DNA from: Deferribacterales bacterium
Lineage (GTDB): Bacteria; Chrysiogenota; Deferribacteres; Deferribacterales; Geovibrionaceae
Length of the DNA: 64,000 bases
Direction: 5' to 3'
NCBI GenBank assembly: GCA_050251875.1
Contig: JBFWMA010000004.1
Location: forward strand, 96,001-160,000
Part shown: positions 27,131 to 37,667 of the stretch, piece by piece
Layout of the letters: every line of letters begins with the position of its first letter
How positions within the stretch are numbered: position 1 is the stretch's first letter
Program-made: the position numbers and the translations under genes
The notes under the pieces: generated by a model
The model's database searches: none
What the model was told of the DNA's origin: nothing
The model's input: only the letters and a program-made list of their open reading frames with translations

Positions 27131-28453
27131 TTATTTGGCGAAAATAACGTAATCCTTATGAAGCCACCCTTCAGAAACGCCGTCCATCGGTTTAAAGCTG
27201 ACTAGCATCCATTCCGCATCCCGCTTTTTCACGGAGACTTTAGCGCCTCTTTTCAGTTTGGCGGAAACGTCATATTGTTTTCCCGGTCCGCTTCTGACAT
27301 TCAGCACGCCGGCGGCGATATATCCGGAGGTTTTTTCAGGCTCCGGCTGAACGTTTGCCTGTTTTGTCGTCTCAGGCTGTTTGCCGACATCTATAATCTC
27401 AACGTTTTTCGGTTTCTCCGCTTTTACCTGTGCTGCGTCTGTTTCCTGCGCAGGCTGGGTTTCGGGCATAGCTGCCTTCTGCTCAGCGGGCTTCTGAACC
27501 GGCTGCTGAGTCTGCGCTTTTGCCTGCGGGACGACCCATTTCGGCATGGAATATCTGTTGTAGGCATACATCGACCCGGCGACAACAGCGGCGCTCACCA
27601 GCAGGGCGGCGGCGATATATTTCAGTCTGGGCATCAGCCCCGGTTTTCTCAGCTTAAGGCTCACTGCGGCATTGTTCAGATGCGCTCCGGACAGTGTTTT
27701 GCTCTGATCCACATAGGCGGACATCAGAGTGCGCTCCATCAGCAGATTCACCAGTCTGGGGTTTCCCCTGCTGATGCTGAACAGCTCAGTGTAAAACTCC
27801 TTGTCAGGGTACTGTCCCTGAAAACCCGCCTTAGACAGACGGAAGGAGACGTATTTTGATATTTCGTATACGTTCATATACTTCAGGTTGAGAAATATGG
27901 TGACACGCTGTTTCAGCTGGCGGAGTTCCTCCGAGTTCAGCTTTTTGTCCAGCTCAGGCTGACCCGCCAGAATGAACTGAATGAGCTTATCGGTCTCCGT
28001 TTCCAGATTGGACAGGATTCTCAGCTCCTCCAGAGTGCGGTTGGGCAGGTTCTGCGCCTCGTCCACCACCAGAATAATCTTTTTTCCCTGCGCCTTCTTT
28101 TCCATGAGAAAATCACGGAATCCTGAGAAAAGGGCGTTTTTGGACTGTCTGGTGTTGATTTTATACCCGAAATCTTCCAGAACCGCTCTGAACATATCCT
28201 CCGGTTCCAGCGATGGAAAGAGGACGTACGCCGTTTCGATATTATCCGGCGCCTCGTTCAGAAACTTTCTGAGGGTGATGGTTTTGCCCGTGCCGGGCTC
28301 TCCTGTCATCACCATAAAGCCTTCGTTGGAATCAGCAAAATATTTCAGCGATTCCAGCGCCTCCATGTGTGACGGAGACGAATAAAAAAAAGCCACGTCA
28401 GGAGTGATCCTGAACGGGTGGTCTTTGAATTCAAAAAACTCAATATAGCTCAT
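27131..28453 (-). CDS. exeA: ExeA/GspA-family AAA ATPase with TM helix and C-terminal SH3b domain
   Basis: GEPGTGKT, VVDEAQ, LEELRILSN, GQPEL, GNPRLVN; LNVRSGPG...GWL. Confidence 0.85.
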   Translation of the reverse strand: MSYIEFFEFKDHPFRITPDVAFFYSSPSHMEALESLKYFADSNEGFMVMTGEPGTGKTITLRKFLNEAPDNIETAYVLFPSLEPEDMFRAVLEDFGYKINTRQSKNALFSGFRDFLMEKKAQGKKIILVVDEAQNLPNRTLEELRILSNLETETDKLIQFILAGQPELDKKLNSEELRQLKQRVTIFLNLKYMNVYEISKYVSFRLSKAGFQGQYPDKEFYTELFSISRGNPRLVNLLMERTLMSAYVDQSKTLSGAHLNNAAVSLKLRKPGLMPRLKYIAAALLVSAAVVAGSMYAYNRYSMPKWVVPQAKAQTQQPVQKPAEQKAAMPETQPAQETDAAQVKAEKPKNVEIIDVGKQPETTKQANVQPEPEKTSGYIAAGVLNVRSGPGKQYDVSAKLKRGAKVSVKKRDAEWMLVSFKPMDGVSEGWLHKDYVIFAK

Positions 28454-28517
28454 GTTTTCCCGGTTTTAAGCAATTTTGTCATAATTACTGTAAAAAAGGT
28501 GAATGCACAAGGGTAAA

Positions 28518-29465
28518 TTAAAAATTAATATTCAGATGGACGTATCCCTTGGTTATGGCATACAGAGACACTGTGGATACTATGATCCAGAGTATCACCG
28601 CCATCATCATCGGACCGCCGCCGATTTTTCTCAGCTCGGAGCGTGTGAGCCCTGATCCCACCAGAAAAAGAGTGGCTACCATCAGCCTCTTTCCTGTGAA
28701 GGCGAGTCCGTGCCATACGGTTTCCAGAGAGGGCAGGTATGAGCTGACAGCAGCCGCCAGCAGAAATCCCAGCAGAAACCACTGAAACTTCGCCTTGCTC
28801 TCGGATTTGTTCAGCTTGGCTCCGGCAAATGATATAGGAAGAATCCACAGCGCCCGTGTCAGCTTCACTGTTGTTCCCACAGCCAGCGCCTGCGCGCCGA
28901 ATATCGCCGCCGCTCCCACAACAGAGCTGGTGTCGTGGATGGCAAGGGCGCTCCATATGCCGAAATCCGTCTGGCTCATGTTCATCAGATGACCCACATG
29001 GGGAAATATGATGAGCCCCAGCCCGTTCAGCAGAAAGACCACCGCCATAGCTATCGCTGTGTGGGCGTGTGAAGCTCCGATGGCGGGAGACATGGCGGCT
29101 ATGGCGCTTCCGCCGCAGATGGCTGTGCCGCTGGACAGCAGGATTCCCAGATCTCTGTCCACTTTAAAAAGTTTCGCCAGAAGCATACCGACTATCAGTG
29201 TGCTGGATATGCTGATGAATGTAAGACCGACAGACGCCACGCCCACCTTCAGCACCACAGAGAGCTGGAGCCCGAAACCGAGCAGTATGACGGAGAGCTG
29301 GAGGAGTTTTTTTGACAGTCCCCCTGTCACTTTCTGAATGGGGTTGCCCCAAATAAGACTGATGCCGGCGCCTATCACAAGAGCAACGGCGGGAGAATGA
29401 TCCACCACGGCGAGGATTACGCTGGCGACGACCCAGAACATTGGTTTTTCAAGGATGTTTTTCAT
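28518..29465 (-). CDS. YeiH/UPF0324-family membrane protein (putative sulfate exporter)
   Basis: GTAICGGSAIAA, IHDTSSVVGA, VKLTRALW. Confidence 0.9.
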   Translation of the reverse strand: MKNILEKPMFWVVASVILAVVDHSPAVALVIGAGISLIWGNPIQKVTGGLSKKLLQLSVILLGFGLQLSVVLKVGVASVGLTFISISSTLIVGMLLAKLFKVDRDLGILLSSGTAICGGSAIAAMSPAIGASHAHTAIAMAVVFLLNGLGLIIFPHVGHLMNMSQTDFGIWSALAIHDTSSVVGAAAIFGAQALAVGTTVKLTRALWILPISFAGAKLNKSESKAKFQWFLLGFLLAAAVSSYLPSLETVWHGLAFTGKRLMVATLFLVGSGLTRSELRKIGGGPMMMAVILWIIVSTVSLYAITKGYVHLNINF

Positions 29466-29658
29466 CGATCCACCTTTTCATAAAAAATATTGTCAGGCAA
29501 AAGTGGATATACTTTCGTCAACAAAACTTATTATATATCATTTTTATATAAGCGCAACTTATAAGTGAAGTAAATTTAATGTCAATTATATTAAATCGCC
29601 TTGTAAAGAGATGTGGTAGTATTACAATAGATTTAATCTGATTCTCAGGACGTCATAT

Positions 29659-30429
29659 ATGAATCTAACAATGATAGCGACAACTCTCAGCGACAAGATA
29701 AGAACCAAAGGAATCAATCTGGGCGACAGGACGAGCCATCTGCCTCTGTCATTCCGTCTGGGCGAAAACCAGTGGGTGGTGGTCTTCCGTTTCGGCGTTG
29801 TGGTTACTGTGGGGCTGAACGAGAAGGAGATTCAGGATATCTTTTCCGAGCTGAGCCCGTTCATGGACAACCCGCACAGCGTTCAGAAAAGCGAGGATAT
29901 CGCCATAGATATAGGGGCGAAATCCGACAGCATAGAGAGCGGCAGTGTCAGCCTGGTGGAGCTCACCCGTGAGCATGTGCTTATCATGGCGGATATTTTA
30001 GCCAAGAGTGTTATGCTGGAGCGGTACGAATCGCTGATGCTGGAGATATTTACAGAGACAGAGCCCTTCGCCGAATATCTGATAAAAGGCAAGGGCGGAA
30101 AGGTGCGCCCGAACGAGCTGAAAAGAACCATCGGGGCGACTCTCATGACCCAGCAGATCATGGTGGGCAGGGTAGAGGTGAACGACAAGCCGGAGGTTCT
30201 GTGGGAACATCCGGAGCTGGAAAAATTCTATTCCCGTCTGGAGAACGAATACGAGATCAGAGAGCGCAACGATGCTCTGGAAAAAAAGCTGAGGCTTATC
30301 AACACCACGGCGGAAACCCAGCTGGGGCTTCTGCACAACGCGCACTCACTGCGGGTGGAGTGGTACATCGTCATACTGATCGTGTTCGAGATCTGCCTCA
30401 CGCTTTATGAGATGTTTTTAAAGCATTAA
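29659..30429 (+). CDS. RMD1/DUF155-family protein
   Basis: VFRFGVVV, LAKSV.L, DKPEVLWE, EYEIRER, RVEWYIVILI. Confidence 0.88.
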   Translation: MNLTMIATTLSDKIRTKGINLGDRTSHLPLSFRLGENQWVVVFRFGVVVTVGLNEKEIQDIFSELSPFMDNPHSVQKSEDIAIDIGAKSDSIESGSVSLVELTREHVLIMADILAKSVMLERYESLMLEIFTETEPFAEYLIKGKGGKVRPNELKRTIGATLMTQQIMVGRVEVNDKPEVLWEHPELEKFYSRLENEYEIRERNDALEKKLRLINTTAETQLGLLHNAHSLRVEWYIVILIVFEICLTLYEMFLKH

Positions 30430-31949
30430 TGCCTGTTGTCCTTCAGCAGCATCACGCTGGGGACGCTTATTATAAACAGTATCGCCACCAGCAGAAAGAC
30501 ATGGTTGAACGCCATCATGGCGCTCTGTTTGGTTATTATGCCGTTTATCATCCGCATGCTCATGTCCTGCGACATCTGCTGGTCGTATCCGGACGACAGA
30601 AATTTTGACACAAATCCGTTATACATATTCATGGTATGATCGCTGACCGCGGTTATCTTCTCTGTCAGAAAGCTGTGGTACACAGACTCATATCGGGTGA
30701 GCAGTGTTGCGGACAGAGCTATCCCCACCGAACCGAAAACCTGACGCACGACATTATAAAGCCCCGTGGCGTCCGTCATATTCGATTTTTCCATGGTGGA
30801 GAGCGCCACAGTGGAGAGCGCCACGAATATCATCCCGAATCCCACCCCCTGTACCACCTGCGGGACAAAAATATCCCAGTATCCCATGTCCAGAGACAGA
30901 GTAGAGAGCTGCCAGAAGCTGAATCCGTTTATGGCGAGCCCGGAGGCTATCAGCGGTCTGGGTCCCAGCCGGGTATACAGCTTGCCCACCAGGGGCATGC
31001 AGACTGCCATGGCGAGGCTTCGGGGCATCATAGCCAGACCGGAGTCAAAGGCAGGATATCCCAGAAGCTGCTGAAGCAGAAGCGGCAGAAGAAACAGCGA
31101 AGCGAACAGACTGATGCCAAGTACTCCGCCCAGAAGAGTTCCGGTGGTGAAGGTTCTGTCTTTCAGCAGGCGCAGATTGACCGCCGGCTTGTCCGTGTTC
31201 AGCTCTCTGATGGTGAACAGGATAAGCCCGATCACAGCCGCCACCGCCAGAATCATAATATACTGAGACTCGAACCAGTCCTTTCTCTCTCCCTCTTCCA
31301 GCATCAGCTGGAGAGCGCCGAGACCGACTATCATGAAGGCGAGTCCGGGGATGTCCCATTTCTCCTTTTTGCGCTCCATATACGGAGGATCGAAAACGTA
31401 TGTATAGGTGAGGAACATGCTGAGCAGTCCCACGGGAACGTTGATGTAAAAAATCCACGGCCATGAATAGTGGTCGGTGAGCCATCCGCCCAGTGTGGGA
31501 CCGATGGCGGGACCCATGACGACTCCCAGCCCGAATATGCCCATAGCCAGACCCTGCTGGTGGGGCGGATAGTTCTCTCTCATGATAGCCTGAGATATGG
31601 GGACGAGAGCGCCTCCGGCTATACCCTGAAGTATCCTGAAGAAGATCATTGACCTCAGATCCCACGAAAGCCCGCACAGCACAGAGGTGACGGTGAACAT
31701 CGCCACGCTGAACATATAAAAATTGCGGCGCCCGAAACGGGAGCTGATAAGCCCGATGATGGGCATTATGATAACGTTTGCCAGAATGTATGATGTGGAC
31801 ACCCAGGCGATCTCCTCAACGGAAGCGCCCAGATTTCCCTTCATGTAGGGCAGGGCAACGTTGACGATGCTGGTGTCCAACGCGCTCATGATCGCTCCGG
31901 ACATTACCGTCAGGGTTATCATGAACAGGTGTTTCTGCGGCTGGCTCAT
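30426..31949 (-). CDS. emrB: DHA2-family MFS efflux permease (EmrB/QacA)
   Basis: LDTSIVNVALP, GPAIGPTLGGWL, WIFYINVP; about 14 TM segments. Confidence 0.92.
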   Translation of the reverse strand: MSQPQKHLFMITLTVMSGAIMSALDTSIVNVALPYMKGNLGASVEEIAWVSTSYILANVIIMPIIGLISSRFGRRNFYMFSVAMFTVTSVLCGLSWDLRSMIFFRILQGIAGGALVPISQAIMRENYPPHQQGLAMGIFGLGVVMGPAIGPTLGGWLTDHYSWPWIFYINVPVGLLSMFLTYTYVFDPPYMERKKEKWDIPGLAFMIVGLGALQLMLEEGERKDWFESQYIMILAVAAVIGLILFTIRELNTDKPAVNLRLLKDRTFTTGTLLGGVLGISLFASLFLLPLLLQQLLGYPAFDSGLAMMPRSLAMAVCMPLVGKLYTRLGPRPLIASGLAINGFSFWQLSTLSLDMGYWDIFVPQVVQGVGFGMIFVALSTVALSTMEKSNMTDATGLYNVVRQVFGSVGIALSATLLTRYESVYHSFLTEKITAVSDHTMNMYNGFVSKFLSSGYDQQMSQDMSMRMINGIITKQSAMMAFNHVFLLVAILFIISVPSVMLLKDNRH

Positions 31950-31950
31950 C

Positions 31951-33027
31951 TTAGTTTGTCTTTACGCTGGCGATGACGGACAGACCGGGTATCAGTGATA
32001 TGTCGGCGCTGTCTATGCTGTCCAGAATAATCTTAACAGGCACACGCTGAACCACCTTCACAAAGTTTCCAGTGGCGTTCTCCGCCGGAAGCAGGCTGAA
32101 AGATGATCCCGTGCCGGGCTGGATGCTGTCCACATGTCCGGCTATTTTGACAGACGGGAAAGCGTCCGCCTTTATCCTGACAGACTGTCCTATGCGGATG
32201 TCCTCAAGCTGTGTTTCTTTGAAATTTGCCTCCACCCAGAGCTTGTCATAGCTCACCATGGATATCACTGTCTGACCGGGCATGATATATCTGCCTTCCT
32301 TCACGTTGTTCTGACCTATCAGACCGTCCGAGGGGGCATATACGGATGTGCGTTCCAGATCCAGCTCCGCCGCTCTGACAGCCTGAAGAGAGGCGTTCGC
32401 CTTGAACTCCGCTGTTTTTCTGTCGGCACGCAGTGTGGTGAGGGTCGCCAGAGCTATATCCACAGACGAGGCTGACGCGCGTTTCTGTGCTCTGGACTCG
32501 TCCGCTTTCGCCTTAACGCTGTCGTAAAAATTTCTGGAGACCAGATTTTCATCCGCCAGTCTGCCGTATCTGTTCATCTCTTTCTTGGCGAAGTCGTCCT
32601 CTGTGGACGCTTTTTCCAGCAGAGAGCGTGACTGGTTCACCGACTGTTCCGCCTGACTGATGGCTGCGTCTATGCGGGCTATCTGCGCCATGGCGGCGGA
32701 CAGCTCCTCTTTTCTCTGATCCAGCGCTATTTCATATTCCGCGGTGTCCAGCTCGAAGAGCTTGTCGCCCTTCTTCACCTTCATATTGTCCTCTATGTAT
32801 ACCTTCGCCACCTTTCCTTTCACCATGGGGGCTATGGGTACCACATCGCCTTTCACAAAAGCGTTGTCGGTGGATTCGTGATGTATGTTGAACATTATCT
32901 TCGGCAGAGCGTACACCGCCAGCAGGATGACGGCGGCTGTCAGTCCGGCGTAGAGCACGGTCTTTTTGCGCCTGATAGGCTTCTGTCTTTTTTCTTCAAA
33001 CTTTTCGCTGTATTTTTCGGCGTCCAT
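31951..33027 (-). CDS. emrA: EmrA/HlyD-family membrane fusion protein
   Basis: STDNAFV, ANFKETQ, FSLLPAENATGNFVKVVQRVPV. Confidence 0.92.
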   Translation of the reverse strand: MDAEKYSEKFEEKRQKPIRRKKTVLYAGLTAAVILLAVYALPKIMFNIHHESTDNAFVKGDVVPIAPMVKGKVAKVYIEDNMKVKKGDKLFELDTAEYEIALDQRKEELSAAMAQIARIDAAISQAEQSVNQSRSLLEKASTEDDFAKKEMNRYGRLADENLVSRNFYDSVKAKADESRAQKRASASSVDIALATLTTLRADRKTAEFKANASLQAVRAAELDLERTSVYAPSDGLIGQNNVKEGRYIMPGQTVISMVSYDKLWVEANFKETQLEDIRIGQSVRIKADAFPSVKIAGHVDSIQPGTGSSFSLLPAENATGNFVKVVQRVPVKIILDSIDSADISLIPGLSVIASVKTN

Positions 33028-33028
33028 A

Positions 33029-34504
33029 TTATTCTCCCAGTTTAAATCCGAAATAGTCGAGGCTGGTTCCTTCCGCTCTGCGGAGCACAGCCAGTCCGGC
33101 GCTGTGGTCGTAAAGAGCGTTCACCGAGCGTATCTGAGCGTCTATCAGGTCGTCCTGAAACTTCAGTATTCTGAATGTATCGGACAGTCCCTCGTTCATC
33201 TTTTTCATCTCCTGATCCAGAGTGGTTTCCGCCAGCGAGATAAATGTATTCGCTATGTCATAGCGCTTTTCTGCGCTTTCGATGCTGTTGATAGCGGTTC
33301 TGATGTCTGTTTTGGTGTCGTTCTCCGTCTTTTTCAGAGTGTATACCGCCGCCAGTTTTTCGTTTTTCAGGGACGCTGTTTTCGATTTCGCCCCTCTGGC
33401 GCCCAGCGGATAGCTGAAATTGACGCCCAGAAGCCACTGAACGCCGTCCGCTCTCGTCATGTCAAAGAGCGAGTCGGAGTATCCGCCCTCGAACTTGGTG
33501 GCGGAGTTCTCTGTTCCGGACAGACCGGAAGCGCCCAGAGTACCCACCAGATCTAGTTCGGGAAGCTGTTGATTGTCCATATATTTGATTGTCAGATCAT
33601 ACTTTTTCAGTTCAATTCTCTGTTTTTCTATATTCGGGCTCAGCTTAAGCGCTGTTTCATATGAAGCGGGGCAGTCTGTTTTCTCCGCATGAAAAACTAT
33701 GTTTTCGGTGGAGGTGTATTCTCCGCTCACAGGTGTGTTGGTGAGGTTGGACAGTCTGTCGGCGGCGTTCTTCACCGCTTCTTTGGCTGATACGACTCTT
33801 TCCTGACGCCCGGCGAGGGCTGTTTCCGCCTGCTGAACCTCGGTCACGGGGATTATCCCCGCAGCGTATCTCTTTTTGTCATATTCCAGAAGGGACTGGG
33901 CCAGCGTTTCTGATCTCAGAGCCAGCGCCAGAATATCTCTGGCTCTGGACAGGCTGTAATATGCCTTCTCTATCGCCGCCGCTGTGTCGAGCATGCCGGA
34001 GTAAAGGTCAAACCTGTACTGCATGGCGGTCAGCTCAGCGTTTTTCACATCGGTGGTGTTTATGTCTCTGCCGAAGTTTTTCAGCAGGGGCTGTGTGATA
34101 TTCATCAGAAATACGTTTCTGTATGACGGGTCGAGAGAATAATAGGGGTTGTTCGACCTGAGTCTCTCTGTTTTGAAAACGAATTCCCCGGTCATACCGC
34201 TGTAGTGAAGTTTTTTGAGAGACGCTTTGCCTGTGTATGAGCGTTCTCTCAGATAGTCCATGTTATAGGGCGTATAGTCCGTGGGGTCTTCATTGCCTTT
34301 TGCCGTCACGGATACGGTCACGGATGGGTCGAATCTGGAATCGGATACGTCTGTCAGGTCTTTTTTGGCGTCCGCCGTGCTTTTCTGAATCTGGATTGAG
34401 TAGCCGCGGGTCAGTCCGTCTGATATCGCCTGACGGAGAGTCAGCTCCTCCGCATGCGTCTGCAAAGCGGCTGACAGCAGGAAAAAAATAAAAAGGTACC
34501 TCAT
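33029..34504 (-). CDS. TolC-family outer membrane efflux protein
   Basis: Signal peptide, ITQPLLKNFG, LPELDL; operon context. Confidence 0.88.
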   Translation of the reverse strand: MRYLFIFFLLSAALQTHAEELTLRQAISDGLTRGYSIQIQKSTADAKKDLTDVSDSRFDPSVTVSVTAKGNEDPTDYTPYNMDYLRERSYTGKASLKKLHYSGMTGEFVFKTERLRSNNPYYSLDPSYRNVFLMNITQPLLKNFGRDINTTDVKNAELTAMQYRFDLYSGMLDTAAAIEKAYYSLSRARDILALALRSETLAQSLLEYDKKRYAAGIIPVTEVQQAETALAGRQERVVSAKEAVKNAADRLSNLTNTPVSGEYTSTENIVFHAEKTDCPASYETALKLSPNIEKQRIELKKYDLTIKYMDNQQLPELDLVGTLGASGLSGTENSATKFEGGYSDSLFDMTRADGVQWLLGVNFSYPLGARGAKSKTASLKNEKLAAVYTLKKTENDTKTDIRTAINSIESAEKRYDIANTFISLAETTLDQEMKKMNEGLSDTFRILKFQDDLIDAQIRSVNALYDHSAGLAVLRRAEGTSLDYFGFKLGE

Positions 34505-34505
34505 C

Positions 34506-35084
34506 TTAACCTCTGCTTTTTAAAGCGTTGTCGCAAAAATCAATACATGTCCCCAGCACAGAGCTGAAATCCACCTTGTGCAGGTTAGACATTCTCGTCA
34601 TGCCTATCAGCATGGCTTTAAGTATCTTCGCCGAGTTTTCGGCGTTAACGTCTTGTCTGACAGAGCCGTCATCTATGCCCCTTTTTATGGCGGCGGCTAT
34701 GATGCCTATGCTCTTTTCGCTGTTTCTTTTCACTATCTCGCACCTGTTTCCGTCATTGTCCAGGTGGGACGGCACATCACGGTGCAGAACGGTGAACTCC
34801 GCTCTGTTCTCTTCGGCGTAGCGGAAATGAAACTCCATGATGCTCCGGATGTTTTCCAGCCCTGTTTCTCCTATTTCGGAGGCGATGGTGAGCTGTTCCA
34901 TATAGTCGATCACCATGTTTTCATATATCTGGCGCAGGATTCCCTGCTTGGTTCCGAAATGGTAAAAGACAGTGCCCTGAGCCGTGTCCGCCGCCTGAGC
35001 TATCTCAGACGCCGCTGTTTCGTTGAAGCCTTTTCCGGCGAAGAGCTTTGCCGCCTCTTTCAGAATTCGTGTCCGTTTGTCCAT
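34506..35084 (-). CDS. TetR/AcrR-family regulator
   Basis: ILKEAAKLFAGKGF...IAQAA..AQGTVFYHFGTK. Confidence 0.93.
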   Translation of the reverse strand: MDKRTRILKEAAKLFAGKGFNETAASEIAQAADTAQGTVFYHFGTKQGILRQIYENMVIDYMEQLTIASEIGETGLENIRSIMEFHFRYAEENRAEFTVLHRDVPSHLDNDGNRCEIVKRNSEKSIGIIAAAIKRGIDDGSVRQDVNAENSAKILKAMLIGMTRMSNLHKVDFSSVLGTCIDFCDNALKSRG

Positions 35085-35093
35085 TTACTTCTC

Positions 35094-35113
35094 CTGACTG
35101 AGTAGTCAGTCAG
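35094..35113. promoter_or_regulatory. Probable TetR operator
   Basis: Perfect inverted repeat CTGACTGA-GTAG-TCAGTCAG immediately upstream of the tetR RBS. Confidence 0.75.
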
Positions 35114-35237
35114 TATATGCGAATCAAAAGTAATTGCAATACAAATTTTAGTCAGGGCTTTTTTTTGTCCGTATGCGGAGATGAAATGTTGAACAAAAAC
35201 ACTAAAAAGGTATCTTAAATAATAAAGGGAGAAAGCC

Positions 35238-36281
35238 ATGAATATATCAAAATATATCGTACCCGTGCTTCTGATGTTCACCGTGTCCGCTCCGGCGGAG
35301 GCGGCCAAGTATGAGACGGCGATATTCGCCGGAGGGTGTTTCTGGTGTATGGAGCCTCCGTTCTCCTTTCTGGACGGGGTGAAGGACGTTTCCGCCGGAT
35401 ATACGGGCGGGCACACGGAAAACCCTACATATGAACAGGTTTCCACAGGCAGAACAGGGCATTACGAAGCCGTCAGGATTGTTTATGATCCGAAGAAAGT
35501 GGGCTATGACAAACTTCTGGATATCTTCTGGAAGAACATAGACCCCACAGATGACGGAGGTCAGTTCGCCGACAGAGGCACTCAGTATCTGACAGCGGTG
35601 TTCTACACCACGCCCCAGCAGAAGGACATAGCCGAGAGATCGAAAGAGGCGCTGGGCAAATCCGGCAAATTCAAAGCGCCCATAGCCACAGCCGTTCTGC
35701 CGGCTAAGAAATTTTATGCGGCGGAAGCGTATCACCAGAACTATTTTCAGACCAACTCCGATCACTATAACAGATATAAAGTAGGTTCGGGACGAGCAGG
35801 ATATCTGGAAAGGACATGGTCGAAAGACAGCAAATGGGACGGATTCAAAAAACCGTCCGACAGCGAGCTGAAAAAGAAGCTGAAGCCCATGCAGTATGAC
35901 GTGACCCAGAAAGAGGGCACTGAGCGGGCATTTGCCAATGAATTCTGGGACAACCACAAAGAGGGTATATATGTGGACGTGGTGTCCGGCGAGCCGCTCT
36001 TCTCATCCACGGATAAATATGACTCCGGCACAGGCTGGCCCAGCTTTACAAAGCCTATAGAAAAATTTTCGCTGACGGAGCACTCGGACAGAAAGCTGTT
36101 CAGTGTGCGCACAGAGGTGCGGAGCAGACATGCCGATTCGCATCTGGGGCATGTTTTCGATGACGGACCGAAGGACAGAGGCGGGCAGAGATACTGCATC
36201 AACTCCGCCGCTATGAGGTTCATCCCGAAAGAAAACCTTGAAAAAGAGGGATACGGAGAGTATCTGAAACTGTTCAAATAA
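35238..36281 (+). CDS. msrAB: Periplasmic bifunctional peptide-methionine sulfoxide reductase MsrA/MsrB
   Basis: Signal peptide; [29 protein letters not shown]. Confidence 0.96.
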   Translation: MNISKYIVPVLLMFTVSAPAEAAKYETAIFAGGCFWCMEPPFSFLDGVKDVSAGYTGGHTENPTYEQVSTGRTGHYEAVRIVYDPKKVGYDKLLDIFWKNIDPTDDGGQFADRGTQYLTAVFYTTPQQKDIAERSKEALGKSGKFKAPIATAVLPAKKFYAAEAYHQNYFQTNSDHYNRYKVGSGRAGYLERTWSKDSKWDGFKKPSDSELKKKLKPMQYDVTQKEGTERAFANEFWDNHKEGIYVDVVSGEPLFSSTDKYDSGTGWPSFTKPIEKFSLTEHSDRKLFSVRTEVRSRHADSHLGHVFDDGPKDRGGQRYCINSAAMRFIPKENLEKEGYGEYLKLFK

Positions 36282-36295
36282 TTTACAGAGGGTGG

Positions 36296-36514
36296 GTGTC
36301 TGATATGATGGAATACAGGTTTCTGACAGGTCCCGATGACGCTTCTTTCTGCCGCAGAGTGACAGAGCATCTGAATGACGGATGGACGCTGTACGGCAGT
36401 CCCGCTCTCACGGTGAAAGACGGAGTGGTTATAGCCGGGCAGGCTGTGACCAGAGAGAAGAAAGAGGCTCAGGGGTTTTGCAGCAAGAACGCTTGCGGAG
36501 TTGAGAAAGACTAA
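36296..36514 (+). CDS. DUF1737-family protein
   Basis: YRFLTGPDDASFCRRVT..LNDGWTLYGSP...GQAV. Confidence 0.85.
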   Translation: MSDMMEYRFLTGPDDASFCRRVTEHLNDGWTLYGSPALTVKDGVVIAGQAVTREKKEAQGFCSKNACGVEKD

Positions 36515-37218
36515 TCGAATATGGGGTGCAGGTTATCCATGCGCCCCTTCACTGTCAGCTTTTTTCTGAAGCCCAGCATTCCGGCGTAGCCGTGCAGGTC
36601 TATCTCTGATGATGCCGGATTCTTTTTGTTCAGGGTGATTCTGCCCTGCATATCCAGCTCGGTCTTGCCGTCCGCTTTCAGCGAAATGATGTTCAGCACA
36701 CTGCCGTCCGCCTCCACCACCGCCGTGACGTTCTCGAACTCTATATCGCCCAGAGGCGAGGGCATTACAGCCTTTTCCATCCCGGCGAAAACTTTTGATT
36801 TCTCTTTTCCGGCGCTCAGAAATCCTTCCAGACGCACTCTGCCCTCCATGCGGATGGGCTCTCTGATGAAATCCAGCGCCTGACCGGATGTCTCCAGAGT
36901 GAATTTCACTGAGTCGGTGGACACCACAGCATCGGCGTTAAAAATTCCCTTTGATCTCACGGTGGTCTTTTTGCGTATCAGCATCAGCGGATTATGCCCG
37001 AAACTGATATCGCCGATCTCTCTGCCGTCTATGGTTACGCCGAAATATTCCGTGGAAAACATCCTTTCGGAAACTTCCTGCGCTTTGAAAGTCATTCCCG
37101 TATTTTTCTGAGTGTTTGAGATTATGCGGTCAATGAACGCCTGATAAGGCATGAACAGCCAGAGTGACGCCGTGAAAGACGCCAGAAACACCGCCGCCGC
37201 TATGAGAGCTTTGTTCAT
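36511..37218 (-). CDS. gspN: Type II secretion protein N-like
   Basis: N-terminal TM ending FMPY, beta-rich body; last gene of the gspG-M operon. Confidence 0.55.
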   Translation of the reverse strand: MNKALIAAAVFLASFTASLWLFMPYQAFIDRIISNTQKNTGMTFKAQEVSERMFSTEYFGVTIDGREIGDISFGHNPLMLIRKKTTVRSKGIFNADAVVSTDSVKFTLETSGQALDFIREPIRMEGRVRLEGFLSAGKEKSKVFAGMEKAVMPSPLGDIEFENVTAVVEADGSVLNIISLKADGKTELDMQGRITLNKKNPASSEIDLHGYAGMLGFRKKLTVKGRMDNLHPIFD

Positions 37219-37667
37219 TGTTTTTCCGCTTCGATGACCAGATTCAGCCTTTTTTCATTGTCGAACCGTTTTTTGATACTGACGGAAGTCAGGCGTATGT
37301 TGGAAGGTGTCTCCATCAGACGGATGAACTCCACCGCCTCGTCACCTGTCAGGCTGTCCAGACGCATCACCGCCGCTTCGGCGGCTCCGGTCTTTTTCGG
37401 CTTAACATCGGAGAGTCTTTCGGACAGTTCGGTCTTCTGCGCCGTGTCTTCTATATATGTCAGCAGTCCTGATTCCGTGGGAACGCTGATTCCGTCCGGA
37501 CGCATGGACCTGACATACAGCTCCAGCGCTTTCTGGGTCTTTTCCTGAACGGAGGCTATGGACGCGTCAGTCTTCTTCTGCAATGACACAAAAGCGCCGT
37601 GTGTCCAGTAGAACACCAGAAAAATAAGCCCCAGCGCTATGATGGCGGTTTTGACTCTGTTGTCCAT
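37215..37667 (-). CDS. gspM: Type II secretion protein M-like
   Basis: Single TM, coiled coil, ferredoxin-like C-terminus; gene order. Confidence 0.65.
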   Translation of the reverse strand: MDNRVKTAIIALGLIFLVFYWTHGAFVSLQKKTDASIASVQEKTQKALELYVRSMRPDGISVPTESGLLTYIEDTAQKTELSERLSDVKPKKTGAAEAAVMRLDSLTGDEAVEFIRLMETPSNIRLTSVSIKKRFDNEKRLNLVIEAEKQ